Assembly: GCA_963555825.3 (NCBI GenBank)
Contig: CAUVXB020000001.1
Location: 352,001-416,000, forward strand
Length of the DNA: 64,000 nucleotides
DNA from: Alphaproteobacteria bacterium
GTDB taxonomy: Bacteria > Pseudomonadota > Alphaproteobacteria > JAAXGF01
Direction: 5' to 3'
Shown here: positions 40,189 through 52,229 of the stretch, piece by piece
Position numbering within the stretch: position 1 is the first letter of the stretch
How the letters are laid out: each line of letters starts with the position of its first letter
The notes under the pieces: model-generated
Seen by the model: only the letters and a program-made list of their open reading frames with translations
What the model was told of the DNA's origin: nothing
Databases searched by the model: none
Program-made: the position numbers and the translations under genes

Positions 40189-41355
40189 CTACGGCTTCGC
40201 CGCGAGGTGGTCGATCAGGCGGTGCATGAAGCTCTCGCAGGCCGCGATCTGATCGATATCGATGAACTCGTTGGGTTTGTGTGCCTGGGCGACGTGTCCC
40301 GGGCCGCAAATCACCGCCGACAGGCCCGCCTTCTGAAACTTACCCGCCTCGGTGCCGAACGACGCCTTGGCCGTCCGGTTGTCGCCGGTCAGCGCCATGG
40401 CGAGGCGCTCCGCCGGCGAGGCGGCCTCGGCCTCGAGACCGGGGACGCGCGACCGCGGCTCGGTCACGATGCCCGTGGTCTCGACGACGGCGCGCATGCG
40501 CGTCTCGAGCTCGGCCGCGAAGGCGATGAAGCGGTCGTAGATCTCGTCCGCGTCGGCGCCCGGCATCAGCCGGTATTCCCATTGGAAGGTACAGTGCCGG
40601 GGAATGATGTTGAGCGCCGTGCCGCCCTCGATCGTGCCGACGTGGACGCTGGTGTAGGGCGGCTCGAAACCAGAATCGGGCTCGGCGCGTGATTTCATCT
40701 CTTCGGCCGTCTCGCTCAGGAAGCCAATCAGCTCGGCCGCGACCATGACCGCGTTGACGCCGATGTGCGTCGCGCTCGAATGCGCCTCGTGGCCGGTCAC
40801 CGTCGTGCGGAATGAATAGATGCCCTTGTGCGCGTTGGCGACGCGCATGCCGGTCGGCTCACCGACCAGCACGATGGCGGGCGAAATGCCGCTGCGTTCC
40901 AGCTCGGCGATCAGCCGGTCGACGCCGATGCAGCCGACCTCTTCGTCATAGCTCAAGGCGAGGTGCACCGGCGTGTCGCCGATGCGGCGCAGGAAGTCGG
41001 GCACCAAGGCGAGCGCGACGGCGAGGAAGCTCTTCATGTCCGAAGTGCCGCGGCCGTAAAGCCGGCCGTCGCGTTCGACCACCGTGAACGGGTCGGTATC
41101 CCACGGCTGGCCGTCGACCGGCACGACGTCGGTGTGACCCGACAGGACGACGCCGCCCGGGACGTCGGCGCCTAGGGTGGCGAACAGGTTCGCCTTGCCG
41201 CCGTCGTCATCGTGCGTGCGCGTCGATGCGACGCCGTGGCCCGCGAGGTAATCGGCGACGAAGTCGATCAGCTCGAGGTTCGAATTTCGGCTCGTGGTGT
41301 CGAAACCGATCAGCCGGTCGATCATTTCGCGGACCGTGTACGTCTTGCCTGCCAT
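40189..41355 (-). CDS. argE: Acetylornithine deacetylase (M20 family)
   Basis: LSGHTDVVP, YGRGTSDMK, DEEVGC, GEPT and AHKPNEF motifs. Confidence 0.92.
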   Translation of the reverse strand: MAGKTYTVREMIDRLIGFDTTSRNSNLELIDFVADYLAGHGVASTRTHDDDGGKANLFATLGADVPGGVVLSGHTDVVPVDGQPWDTDPFTVVERDGRLYGRGTSDMKSFLAVALALVPDFLRRIGDTPVHLALSYDEEVGCIGVDRLIAELERSGISPAIVLVGEPTGMRVANAHKGIYSFRTTVTGHEAHSSATHIGVNAVMVAAELIGFLSETAEEMKSRAEPDSGFEPPYTSVHVGTIEGGTALNIIPRHCTFQWEYRLMPGADADEIYDRFIAFAAELETRMRAVVETTGIVTEPRSRVPGLEAEAASPAERLAMALTGDNRTAKASFGTEAGKFQKAGLSAVICGPGHVAQAHKPNEFIDIDQIAACESFMHRLIDHLAAKP

Positions 41356-41526
41356 GTCCCACTCGCAAATTCACGCGCTGCGCCGTCCCTGTCTATCAGC
41401 ATTGCCGCGGGTGCCGTACAAATTGTTCTGCAACAGACTCGCCGAGGGTTGGCCGCCATGGCATGCCGAGTGATCGGTTCGATCACTTTGGCAAGCAGGC
41501 GCACGCCATGGCCAGGCGAGAAATTA

Positions 41527-42701
41527 TACCAGTGAGCGCCTGAATTGACTCTCGGGATATTCATTGATGGCGGATGATGGCGGATTGTGATTCTATGGTC
41601 TCCCACCAGATGTGGGGGATGTCATGGGATCAGCACTCAAGATACGGGATGATTTGACGCCTTTGGAGCTTCGGCGCTGGGCTCGCGTGGAATCGTACGG
41701 TCGAGCGGCGGCGCGGGCCTATGGGATCGCGAATGCTTTGGAGGAGATGCCCCGGGCTGATGCCGCGCGGCTTGCGGGGATGGATCGCCAAACGCTTCGC
41801 GACGCGGTTGTTCGTTACAATGCAAAGGGATTGGAGGGGCTTCACGACCGTCCAAAGGGCTACTCGCCGCGGCGGCTGACGGCAGACGAGGAAGCGGCGC
41901 TGGCGGCGGTCATCATCGCCGGGCCGGAGCCTGAGCGCGACGGGGTTTGCGCCTGGACCCGGGCCGATCTGTGCCGCTGGCTGGAGGAGCGCTTCGCCAA
42001 GACCTACCACCCCTCGAGCATGACCCGGGTTCTACGGCGGATGGGATTTTCCCGCCAGAAGGCGCGCCCGAGCCACCCGCGAAGGGACGCCGAAGCGCAG
42101 GAGCGCTTCAAAAAAGGGGGCTTCGCGACATCCTGAAGGCGACCGCCGCGGCGCATCCCGACAAGCGCCTACAGCTGTGGTTTCAGGATGAAGCGCGCGT
42201 CGGCAACAAGGGCCGGGTGTGTCACCGGTGGTGGCGCAGGGGCGAGCGTGCCCCCGGGACGCGTCAAATCGGCTACCAGTGGGCCTACATCTTCTCCGCC
42301 GTGCGCCCGGACACCGGCGACGACGTCACCCTGGTGATGCCGAGCGTCAACGCCAAGGTCATGGACCTGTTTCTCGCACACTTCGCCGATACCCTGGACC
42401 AGGATGCGCACGCCGTCATGATGTGCGACGGCGCCGGTTGGCACGACGAGCGCGCCCTCACCGTCCCCGACAACGTCACCTTGGCGCTGTTGCCGCCTTA
42501 CAGTCCCGAACTCAACCCCGTCGAGCGGGTTTGGCTCTACCTACGCGAACGCTTCCTATCGCTCCGCGTCCTCGACGACACCGAGGCCATCATCGACGCC
42601 TGTTGCCAAGCATGGATCGACCTCATCGCAGAACCGGATCGTATGCGAACCCTCTGCGCCTATCCATGGATCATGAAGGTGATTTCATAGGCTCACTGGT
42701 A
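41527..42701 (+). mobile_element. IS630-family element (type B), copy 1, two-ORF frameshifted transposase
   Basis: IRs TACCAGTGAGC; ORFs 41612-42136 and downstream to 42690 joined at slippery A6G5 (42110-42120); QDEARVG and YSPELNPVE motifs. Confidence 0.92.
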
Positions 42702-42891
42702 TTATACCAAGAATCAGAGAACAGCCTCGGCGACAACCCGACATCGCGGCGATTGTCCCCGCGCATGGATTCTTCTCCCGTGCTTGGTTAATCTCGGCGC
42801 CGAGCATGGCGGGCCTCGGCCTGCAACCAAATGATCACCCCGCAGCCCGGCCGACCAGATAGCCGGCTGATCCGCCAAAGGAGTCCACACT

Positions 42892-45309
42892 ATGAAATCC
42901 CACACTCGCGTCGCGGTAATCGGCGGCGGCGTGATTGGCTGCAGCGTGCTTTACCACCTGACCAAACTGGGCTGGACCGACATCATGCTGATCGAGCGTT
43001 CGGAGCTGACGTCGGGTTCGACCTGGCACGCGGCGGGCGGCTTTCACACGCTCAACGCCGACACCAACATGGCGGCGCTGCAAGGCTACACGATCCGGCT
43101 CTACCGCGAGCTCGAGGAAATCTCCGGCCAGTCCTGCGGCCTGCACCACGTCGGCGGTCTCACTCTGGCAGAGACGCCCGACCGCATGGATTTCCTCAAG
43201 GCCGAACGGGCGAAGCACCGCTACATGGGTCTCGAGACCGAGATCATCGGACCGGACGAGATCCGCAAGTACTCGCCCGTTACCAATACCGACGGCGTGC
43301 TCGGCGCGCTCTACGATCCGCTCGACGGCCACCTCGACCCGTCGGGCACGACCCAAGCGTATGCCTGGGCGGCGCGCATGGCGGGCGCCGAGATCGTGCT
43401 GCGAAACCCGGTGCACGAGACCAACCCGCGACCCGATGGCGGCTGGGACGTGGTCACCGAAAACGGCACGATCATCGCCGAGCATGTCGTCAACGCGGCC
43501 GGCCTTTGGGCCCGCGAAGTCGGCGCGCTGGCCGGCGTTTATCTGCCGCTCCACCCGATGGAGCACCAGTATCTGGTGACCGAGGATACCCCCGAGGTCT
43601 ACGAGAACGAGCGCGAGCTGCCCCATGTGATGGACCCCGAGGGCGAGAGCTATCTGCGCCAAGAGGGCCGTGGCCTGGTGATCGGCTTCTACGAGCAGGC
43701 CTGCGAGCATTGGGCGGTCGACGGCACGCCGGCCGATTTCGGCCACGAGCTGCTCAACGACAAGCTCGACCGCATCGGCGACGCGCTGGAGTTCGCCTTC
43801 CGGCGCTATCCGGTGCTCGAGCGCGCCGGCATCAAGAACATCGTCAACGGGCCGTTCACCTTCGCGACCGACGGCAACCCGCTGGTCGGCCCGGTACCGG
43901 GTCTGCGCAATTACTGGTCGGCCTGCGCGGTCATGGCGGGCTTTTCGCAAGGCGGCGGCGTCGGCCTGACGCTTGCCGAATGGATGGTCGAGGGCGAGCC
44001 GTCGCGCGACGTCTTCGCGATGGACGTGGCGCGCTTCGGCGACTGGATCACGCTCGGCTACACCCGCGACAAGGTCCGCGAAAACTACCAGCGGCGCTTT
44101 TCGGTGTCGTATCCGAACGAGGAACTGCCGGCGGCGCGGCCTTTTCAGACGACCCCGGCCTACGGGCTGTGGCAGGCGCGCCGCGCGGTGTTCGGCGCGG
44201 CCTACGGCATGGAAGCGGTCAACTACTTCGCTCTGGAGGGCGAGCCGCTCGAGGAGACGCCGAGCTTCCGCCGCTCCAACGCCTTCGACGCGACGGCCGC
44301 CGAATGCCGCGCGGTCCGCGAAGCCGTCGGCTTCACCGAGATCCACAACTTCAGCAAATTCCACGTCGCGGGCCCCGGCGCCGAAGCCTGGCTCGATCAC
44401 ATCATGGCCGGGCGCATCCCCAGCGTCGGCCGGATGTCGCTGACCCCGATGCTGAGCCCCAAGGGCAAGATCATCGGCGACTTCACCATCTCACGGCTGG
44501 GCGACGATCAGTTTCAACTCACCGCCTCGTTTGGCGCGCAGGCCTATCACATGCGCTGGTTCGAGCAGAACCTGCCGGACGCTGGCGTCACGGTGCGCAA
44601 TGTGTCGACGCGGCGCATCGGCTTCCAGATCGCCGGGCCGCGCGCGCGAGAGCTGCTCGGCCGCGTCGCGACCGACGACGTCTCCAACGCGGCCTTCCCC
44701 TTCATGGCGGTGCGCGAGATGGACATCGGCTGCTGCGCCGCCATCGTGCAGCGGGTGTCGTACACCGGCGATCTCGGCTACGAGATCTACGTGCCCGCCG
44801 AGTCTCAGGTGGCGTTGTACGAGACGCTGAGCGCGGCGGGCGACGATCTCGGCCTTAGGCCGTTCGGCATGCGCGCCATGATGAGCCTCAGGCTGGAGAA
44901 GTCGTTCGGCTCCTGGCTGCGCGAATTCCGGCCCGATTACATGCCGGCCGAGACCGGGCTCGACCGCTTCGTTTCCTACAACAAGCCGGTCGACTTCATC
45001 GGCAAGGCGGCGGCGCTCAAGGAGAAGGCGGAAGGGCCGAAGCGGCGCATCTGCACCTTCACCGTCGAAGCCGCCGATGCCGACGTCTGGGGCGACGAGC
45101 CGATTTGGATCGACGGCGCGGTCGTCGGCTTTGTCACCTCGGGCGGCTACGCGCATCATTCGGGCGTCTCGGTCGCGCTGGGCTTCCTGCCCGTCGACAT
45201 GATCGAAGACGGCCGCCGGGTCGAGATCGAGATCCTCGGCGCCATGCGCAAGGCGCGCCTGATTCCCGATCCGCTGTTCGACCCGAAGGCCGAGCGCATG
45301 CGGGGCTAA
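42892..45309 (+). CDS. GcvT-family FAD oxidoreductase (dimethylglycine/sarcosine dehydrogenase-like)
   Basis: IGGGVIG, ELTSGSTWHAAG, and C-terminal GcvT folate domain (SYTGDLGYE, SLRLEK). Confidence 0.92.
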   Translation: MKSHTRVAVIGGGVIGCSVLYHLTKLGWTDIMLIERSELTSGSTWHAAGGFHTLNADTNMAALQGYTIRLYRELEEISGQSCGLHHVGGLTLAETPDRMDFLKAERAKHRYMGLETEIIGPDEIRKYSPVTNTDGVLGALYDPLDGHLDPSGTTQAYAWAARMAGAEIVLRNPVHETNPRPDGGWDVVTENGTIIAEHVVNAAGLWAREVGALAGVYLPLHPMEHQYLVTEDTPEVYENERELPHVMDPEGESYLRQEGRGLVIGFYEQACEHWAVDGTPADFGHELLNDKLDRIGDALEFAFRRYPVLERAGIKNIVNGPFTFATDGNPLVGPVPGLRNYWSACAVMAGFSQGGGVGLTLAEWMVEGEPSRDVFAMDVARFGDWITLGYTRDKVRENYQRRFSVSYPNEELPAARPFQTTPAYGLWQARRAVFGAAYGMEAVNYFALEGEPLEETPSFRRSNAFDATAAECRAVREAVGFTEIHNFSKFHVAGPGAEAWLDHIMAGRIPSVGRMSLTPMLSPKGKIIGDFTISRLGDDQFQLTASFGAQAYHMRWFEQNLPDAGVTVRNVSTRRIGFQIAGPRARELLGRVATDDVSNAAFPFMAVREMDIGCCAAIVQRVSYTGDLGYEIYVPAESQVALYETLSAAGDDLGLRPFGMRAMMSLRLEKSFGSWLREFRPDYMPAETGLDRFVSYNKPVDFIGKAAALKEKAEGPKRRICTFTVEAADADVWGDEPIWIDGAVVGFVTSGGYAHHSGVSVALGFLPVDMIEDGRRVEIEILGAMRKARLIPDPLFDPKAERMRG

Positions 45310-45485
45310 GACCAGCGCTCACGGCGACTGGCGTGACGGGCAAGGGGAACGAAAAACACCCTTTTCCGCGCGTCGAACAAGCAACCCATATCTGCATGGA
45401 AGTCCGAATTGAGCCGGACGACCGATGACTGCTTCCCGTCCGAAACCGGACATTCGAGAAGAGATCGCCCGAGGTCTGCTGCTGG

Positions 45486-47172
45486 CCCAGCCTGTGTAAA
45501 AACGTCGATGGTGTTATGATTCTCTCGTGCTTTGGCGGGAGGGTCTGATGAAGCGTTTTGTCGAGGGTGTCGATCGCAGCCAGGGCACGTTGTTTCCGGA
45601 GCGCCTGGAAGACTGGATCGGCGACGACAACCCGGTTCGGGCGATCGACGTCTTCGTCGATGAGCTCGATCTTGGCGGCCTCGGGTTCGACCGGGTCGAG
45701 CCGCTGGCGACCGGCAGGCCGGCCTATCATCCTTGCGATTTGTTGAAGCTCTACATCTACGGCTATCTCAACCGGGTTCAGTCGAGCCGTCGGCTCGAGA
45801 GGGAGGCCGGGCGCAATGTGGAAGTGATGTGGCTGGTCGGCCGGCTGGCGCCGGATCACAAGACGATCGCCGACTTCCGCAAGGACAACGGCCGTGCGAT
45901 CCGCAAGGTCTGCGCCCGGTTCGTCGCGCTGTGCCGGCAACTCGGGCTGTTCGCCGAGGCGAGCGTGGCGATCGATGGCTCGAAGTTCAAGGCGGTCAAC
46001 AGCCGGGACAGGAACTTCACGCGGGCCAAGATGGCGCGGCGGGTGGCGCAGATCGAGGAGAGCGTTGCGCGCTATCTGGACCAGTTGGACAGCGCCGACC
46101 GGCAAGAGCCGTCGCTGGCGCGCACGACCAAGACGACTCGTCTGGCCGACAAGATCGCGATCCTCAAGCAGGAGATGCGGCGCCTGAAGGCGCTTGAAGT
46201 CGAGCGGCGTGCGAGCCCGGACCAGCAGATCTCTCTGAGCGATCCCGATGCCCGCTCGATGGCGACGAGCGGCCGGGGTTCCGGCGTGGTCGGCTACAAC
46301 GTTCAGGCCGCCGTCGACACCAAGCACCACCTGATCGTCGCCCACGAGGTGACCAATCAGGGCACCGACCGCGCCCAGCTCTCAGCCATGGCGAAGCGGA
46401 CCAAGGCGGCTCTGGAGACCGACGAGTTGGATGTCGTTGCCGATCGCGGCTACTACAACGGCAAGGAGATTCTGGCCTGCGATGAGGCCGGCATCACCGT
46501 CACATTGCCTAAGCCGCTGACCTCTGGAGCCAAGGCCAAGGGCCGCTTCGGCAAACAGGACTTCGTCTATCTGGCCGCCGACGATGTCTATCGCTGCCCG
46601 GCCGGCGAGCGTTTGGTCTACCGCTTCACCAGCCAGGAGAGGGGGCTGAGCATGCGGCGCTACTGGACCAACGCCTGTCAGGGATGCGCCATCAAGCATC
46701 GCTGCACCACGGCCAAGCAGCGCCGCATCACCCGCTGGCAGCACGAGCATGTTCTCGAGGCCGTCGAGAGGCGGCTCGACGAGCACCCGGAGGCGATGCG
46801 TCGGCGGCGCGAGACGGCCGAGCATCCCTTCGGCACCATCAAGTCCTGGATGGGCGCGACGCATTTCCAGACGAAGACGCTGAAACGGGTGAGGACCGAG
46901 ATGGCCCTGCACGTGCTGGCCTACAATCTCAAGCGCGTCATGAACATCACGGGCATCGACCCGCTGATCGCGGCGATGAGGACCGCATAGGCCTCTCTGC
47001 GCCGCAAATTGCGCCCATATCCGGCCAAATCGCAGCTCACACCGGCGCCAGCCGGCCGACAGGTCCGCACGAGTGGCGAAAATCCTTAATCCCGGAATAC
47101 CCGCCGCGACGGATCATCGAAGCCAAAGACGCGCCGTACAGATCACGCAGCAAACGTTCTTACACATCTGGG
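45486..47172 (+). mobile_element. IS1182-family element, copy 1
   Basis: IRs CCCAG.CTGTGTAAAAACG / CGTTCTTACACATCTGGG. Confidence 0.9.
45548..46990 (+). CDS. IS1182-family transposase
   Basis: GRPAY.P, SSRRLE, PDHKTIADFR, IDGSK, ADRGY and EHPFGTIK motifs. Confidence 0.95.
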   Translation: MKRFVEGVDRSQGTLFPERLEDWIGDDNPVRAIDVFVDELDLGGLGFDRVEPLATGRPAYHPCDLLKLYIYGYLNRVQSSRRLEREAGRNVEVMWLVGRLAPDHKTIADFRKDNGRAIRKVCARFVALCRQLGLFAEASVAIDGSKFKAVNSRDRNFTRAKMARRVAQIEESVARYLDQLDSADRQEPSLARTTKTTRLADKIAILKQEMRRLKALEVERRASPDQQISLSDPDARSMATSGRGSGVVGYNVQAAVDTKHHLIVAHEVTNQGTDRAQLSAMAKRTKAALETDELDVVADRGYYNGKEILACDEAGITVTLPKPLTSGAKAKGRFGKQDFVYLAADDVYRCPAGERLVYRFTSQERGLSMRRYWTNACQGCAIKHRCTTAKQRRITRWQHEHVLEAVERRLDEHPEAMRRRRETAEHPFGTIKSWMGATHFQTKTLKRVRTEMALHVLAYNLKRVMNITGIDPLIAAMRTA

Positions 47173-47263
47173 CTAAAAGCAGACATTGGAGGGCCGAGCA
47201 GGAATGTCCGCTCTTACCCCAGAAGCGGACATTGCGGAGTCCGTCACTGACGTCAGGTTATGA
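47173..47263. repeat. REP-like palindromic spacer between the tandem IS1182 copies
   Basis: Hairpin AATGTCCGCT-N11-AGCGGACATT; related degenerate units near 45430-45485 and 28960-29190. Confidence 0.6.
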
Positions 47264-47325
47264 CCCAGGCTGTGTAAAAACGTCGATGGTGTTATGATTC
47301 TCTCGTGCTTTGGCGGGAGGGTCTG

Positions 47326-48772
47326 ATGAAGCGTTTTGTCGAGGGTGTCGATCGCAGCCAGGGCACGTTGTTTCCGGAGCGCCTGGAAGACTGGATCGGC
47401 GACGACAACCCGGTTCGGGCGATCGACGTCTTCGTCGATGAGCTCGATCTTGGCGGCCTCGGGTTCGACCGGGTCGAGCCGCTGGCGACCGGCAGGCCGG
47501 CCTATCATCCTTGCGATTTGTTGAAGCTCTACATCTACGGCTATCTCAACCGGGTTCAGTCGAGCCGTCGGCTCGAGAGGGAGGCCGGGCGCAATGTGGA
47601 AGTGATGTGGCTGGTCGGCCGGCTGGCGCCGGATCACAAGACGATCGCCGACTTCCGCAAGGACAACGGCCGTGCGATCCGCAAGGTCTGCGCCCGGTTC
47701 GTCGCGCTGTGCCGGCAACTCGGGCTGTTCGCCGAGGCGAGCGTGGCGATCGATCGATGGCTCGAAGTTCAAGGCGGTCAACAGCCGGGACAGGAACTTC
47801 ACGCGGGCCAAGATGGCGCGGCGGGTGGCGCAGATCGAGGAGAGCGTTGCGCGCTATCTGGACCAGTTGGACAGCGCCGACCGGCAAGAGCCGTCGCTGG
47901 CGCGCACGACCAAGACGACTCGTCTGGCCGACAAGATCGCGATCCTCAAGGAGGAGATGCGGCGCCTGAAGGCGCTTGAAGTCGAGCGGCGTGCGAGCCC
48001 GGACCAGCAGATCTCTCTGAGCGATCCCGATGCCCGCTCGATGGCGACGAGCGGCCGGGGTTCCGGCGTGGTCGGCTACAACGTTCAGGCCGCCGTCGAC
48101 ACCAAGCACCACCTGATCGTCGCCCACGAGGTGACCAATCAGGGCACCGACCGCGCCCAGCTCTCAGCCATGGCGAAGCGGACCAAGGCGGCTCTGGAGA
48201 CCGACGAGTTGGATGTCGTTGCCGATCGCGGCTACTACAACGGCAAGGAGATTCTGGCCTGCGATGAGGCCGGCATCACCGTCACATTGCCTAAGCCGCT
48301 GACCTCTGGAGCCAAGGCCAAGGGCCGCTTCGGCAAACAGGACTTCGTCTATCTGGCCGCCGACGATGTCTATCGCTGCCCGGCCGGCGAGCGTTTGGTC
48401 TACCGCTTCACCAGCCAGGAGAGGGGGCTGAGCATGCGGCGCTACTGGACCAACGCCTGTCAGGGATGCGCCATCAAGCATCGCTGCACCACGGCCAAGC
48501 AGCGCCGCATCACCCGCTGGCAGCACGAGCATGTTCTCGAGGCCGTCGAGAGGCGGCTCGACGAGCACCCGGAGGCGATGCGTCGGCGGCGCGAGACGGC
48601 CGAGCATCCCTTCGGCACCATCAAGTCCTGGATGGGCGCGACGCATTTCCAGACGAAGACGCTGAAACGGGTGAGGACCGAGATGGCCCTGCACGTGCTG
48701 GCCTACAATCTCAAGCGCGTCATGAACATCACGGGCATCGACCCGCTGATCGCGGCGATGAGGACCGCATAG
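47326..48772 (+). pseudogene. IS1182 transposase frameshifted by a 4-bp duplication
   Basis: GCGATCGATCGATGG near 47746-47760 versus GCGATCGATGG in copy 1. Confidence 0.92.
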
Positions 48773-48944
48773 GCCTCTCTGCGCCGCAAATTGCGCCCAT
48801 ATCCGGCCAAATCGCAGCTCACACCGGCGCCAGCCGGCCGACAGGTCCGCACGAGTGGCGAAAATCCTTAATCCCGGAATACCCGCCGCGACGGATCATC
48901 GAAGCCAAAGACGCGCCGTACAGATCACGCAGCAAACGTTCTTA

Positions 48945-50119
48945 TACCAGTGAGCCTATGAAATCACCTTCATGATCCATGGATAGGCGCAGAGGGTTCG
49001 CATACGATCCGGTTCTGCGATGAGGTCGATCCATGCTTGGCAACAGGCGTCGATGATGGCCTCGGTGTCGTCGAGGACGCGGAGCGATAGGAAGCGTTCG
49101 CGTAGGTAGAGCCAAACCCGCTCGACGGGGTTGAGTTCGGGACTGTAAGGCGGCAACAGCGCCAAGGTGACGTTGTCGGGGACGGTGAGGGCGCGCTCGT
49201 CGTGCCAACCGGCGCCGTCGCACATCATGACGGCGTGCGCATCCTGGTCCAGGGTATCGGCGAAGTGTGCGAGAAACAGGTCCATGACCTTGGCGTTGAC
49301 GCTCGGCATCACCAGGGTGACGTCGTCGCCGGTGTCCGGGCGCACGGCGGAGAAGATGTAGGCCCACTGGTAGCCGATTTGACGCGTCCCGGGGGCACGC
49401 TCGCCCCTGCGCCACCACCGGTGACACACCCGGCCCTTGTTGCCGACGCGCGCTTCATCCTGAAACCACAGCTGTAGGCGCTTGTCGGGATGCGCCGCGG
49501 CGGTCGCCTTCAGGATGTCGCGAAGCCCCCTTTTTTGAAGCGCTCCTGCGCTTCGGCGTCCCTTCGCGGGTGGCTCGGGCGCGCCTTCTGGCGGGAAAAT
49601 CCCATCCGCCGTAGAACCCGGGTCATGCTCGAGGGGTGGTAGGTCTTGGCGAAGCGCTCCTCCAGCCAGCGGCACAGATCGGCCCGGGTCCAGGCGCAAA
49701 CCCCGTCGCGCTCAGGCTCCGGCCCGGCGATGATGACCGCCGCCAGCGCCGCTTCCTCGTCTGCCGTCAGCCGCCGCGGCGAGTAGCCCTTTGGACGGTC
49801 GTGAAGCCCCTCCAATCCCTTTGCATTGTAACGAACAACCGCGTCGCGAAGCGTTTGGCGATCCATCCCCGCAAGCCGCGCGGCATCAGCCCGGGGCATC
49901 TCCTCCAAAGCATTCGCGATCCCATAGGCCCGCGCCGCCGCTCGACCGTACGATTCCACGCGAGCCCAGCGCCGAAGCTCCAAAGGCGTCAAATCATCCC
50001 GTATCTTGAGTGCTGATCCCATGACATCCCCCACATCTGGTGGGAGACCATAGAATCACAATCCGCCATCATCCGCCATCAATGAATATCCCGAGAGTCA
50101 ATTCAGGCGCTCACTAGTA
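48945..50119 (-). mobile_element. IS630-family element (type B), copy 2
   Basis: Inverted copy of 41527-42701; ORFs 49510-50034 and 48956-49699; one IR substitution (CTAGTA). Confidence 0.92.
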
Positions 50120-52229
50120 TAACACAGTCTGGGCCCAAAAGCGACTCCCGGGCCTTGAGATGTCGCAAACCTACTGCGATGACCGTGGTCAATGTTAGGA
50201 TCACATTGGATCGGACAATTGACAATGCCCGCCGGCGTCCAGTCAAACCGGGCTATCCCGAATCCGCCGACAGCTCTATTCCGGAATGATTTGGACCGGA
50301 AATGTAACGCTATTGCTCATGGGTACGGCGACGGCGACAGTATTGTCATGTTCCACCGCGGCGGGAGCGACTTCTCCGCTGCCCAGATCGATCTGTTCGC
50401 CATGGGCGGCGCCGAAGGGGACCGACATTTCCGTCTCATCCGTGTCGGGCAAGGCAAGGACGATGGTCCCCTTGTCGGCCTGAAGCTGGATATAACGTCC
50501 GCCGGGACATTCACCCGCTACGCCTGAACTGACCTCACCGTCCACCATGTTCAAAGCGGCGTTCATGTGCCGCACCACATGGAACCCGGGGCGCGGATTG
50601 AATAGACGGTCCAGGACGCCGGTCCGCGGGAAATAGCCGCGGTCAATGTCGACGAAAGTATCGGCGTAGACCGTGACGTTGTCGAAGGCCGCGGCGGCGG
50701 CCATGGCCTCGGCGATGCGGGTGACGCTCAGGTGGTCGTCGGCTGTTTCCTGGGCCGGGTTGGCGCCGCACATGCGCAGGTGCACGGAGGCGGCGACACC
50801 CAGGTCCGTGGCGATTTTGCTGGCCGTGGCGGCGGTCGCCCAAGGTGACATTCCCAGGGTCAGCCGGAAGACGAACCCGTCCAGTGCACCAGAAAGCTCC
50901 GGACGGGCCAAGACGTCGGCCATCTGGCCCCGGTCATCGGCCAGGAAGCCATGGTTGATGGCATGGTAATATTTCCCCGCTTCGCTGCGTTGCTCATCGA
51001 TGGAGCGGAGCCGCGAGAGATAGACGGGCATCTCGACGGCCTGCGCCATCTCGCCGACGCCGCCGATATCCCGCTCCAAGACCTCCCAGTTGAGACCGAT
51101 CTCCCAGGCCGAAAAGATGTCCTGGTGTGCCGTGATCAGGTCGCGGTGGTGAGGGGCGGGGTCGCCGAAAGAGAACAGCGTGAATTCATGGCCGTGTGCC
51201 TTCAGCATGCGCATGCGATCGATGTTATCCGGTACCAGTAGATCGCGGAGCGGGACCCGGAGTTTCTTGACCCCCATTTCCCAAAGCGCCATCAGCGGGT
51301 AGTCGTTGCGTACTTCCTTGCGGTCGAACTCATCGAGGCCGCCGGTAGGCGGGATCTCGACGATCTCCATCCAGTTCTGGCGCATGTCGAAGCCAAAATC
51401 GCCGCGCCTGTTGAGGCGCGGATGGACGGGGGCAACGCACGCGGGCCCGGCCTCGTCCGGCGAGCCCAAAGCAGCTTCGGTACCGTAGGTGCGGACGACG
51501 TCGCAGACGTGGCCGCCCTCGTGCACGTGGACGACGAAATAGCCCAATTTCGGTTTATCGTTGCGGCCGAATTCGCTGTCCGGGCCGGGGGCGATTCGGT
51601 ACATCTCGCTGTAGTCCAAGCGCACGAAAGCCGTCGACGGCAGCAGGTAGCAGTCCGTTTCGGCATGGCGGTAGACCAGAAATTGTGCACGTGGCCGATG
51701 AACAGGGCCTCTACGCCATGTTTTTCCAGGAGATCCAACATCCAAGTGCGGCCCGGCTCACCAATGTTGTCGTAGTTCTCTTCCTCGTCGGGTTTCGAGA
51801 AATAGGGCGGATAATGGCTGTGCAGAAAAATGCGCTTTTCCCTGTTGGCCGCCAGGTCGGCTTCCAGCCAGGCTCGTTGCTTCTCTTCTGCGGCGAAGCC
51901 CGAATTGATGATCTGGGCGTTGATGATGATGAAGTGGCAGCCGTCACGGTCGAAGGACTGATACTGGGCGCCGAAGTGTTCGTCCCAGAGCGCCAGGTAG
52001 TCCTCATGGATGCGGGCTGCCGGGGCCCAGTCGTTGGGTTTGTCGCCGACGTCGTGGTTGCCCGGCGTCAGGTAGAGAGGGTGTTTCAGTTCTTTGACCT
52101 GCTCATGAAATCGCGCCGCCGCTGCAGCGTACAGGTCGGGGATGGCGGGCACTGGGTGCACCAGGTCGCCGACGTTGACCACGAAGGCCAGATCACGACC
52201 ATTCAGATAGTGAGTATCTGCGGGCCGGT

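Larger units (their letters stand above)
47264..50133 (+). mobile_element. IS1182-family element, copy 2 (right IR split by IS630)
   Basis: Near-identical to copy 1; the IR resumes as CACAGTCTGGG at about 50123. Confidence 0.9.

Noticed and set aside
51670-51680. Programmed frameshift in the metallophosphoesterase
   Set aside because: No slippery run, and the gene is also IS110-disrupted; a simple 1-bp deletion explains it
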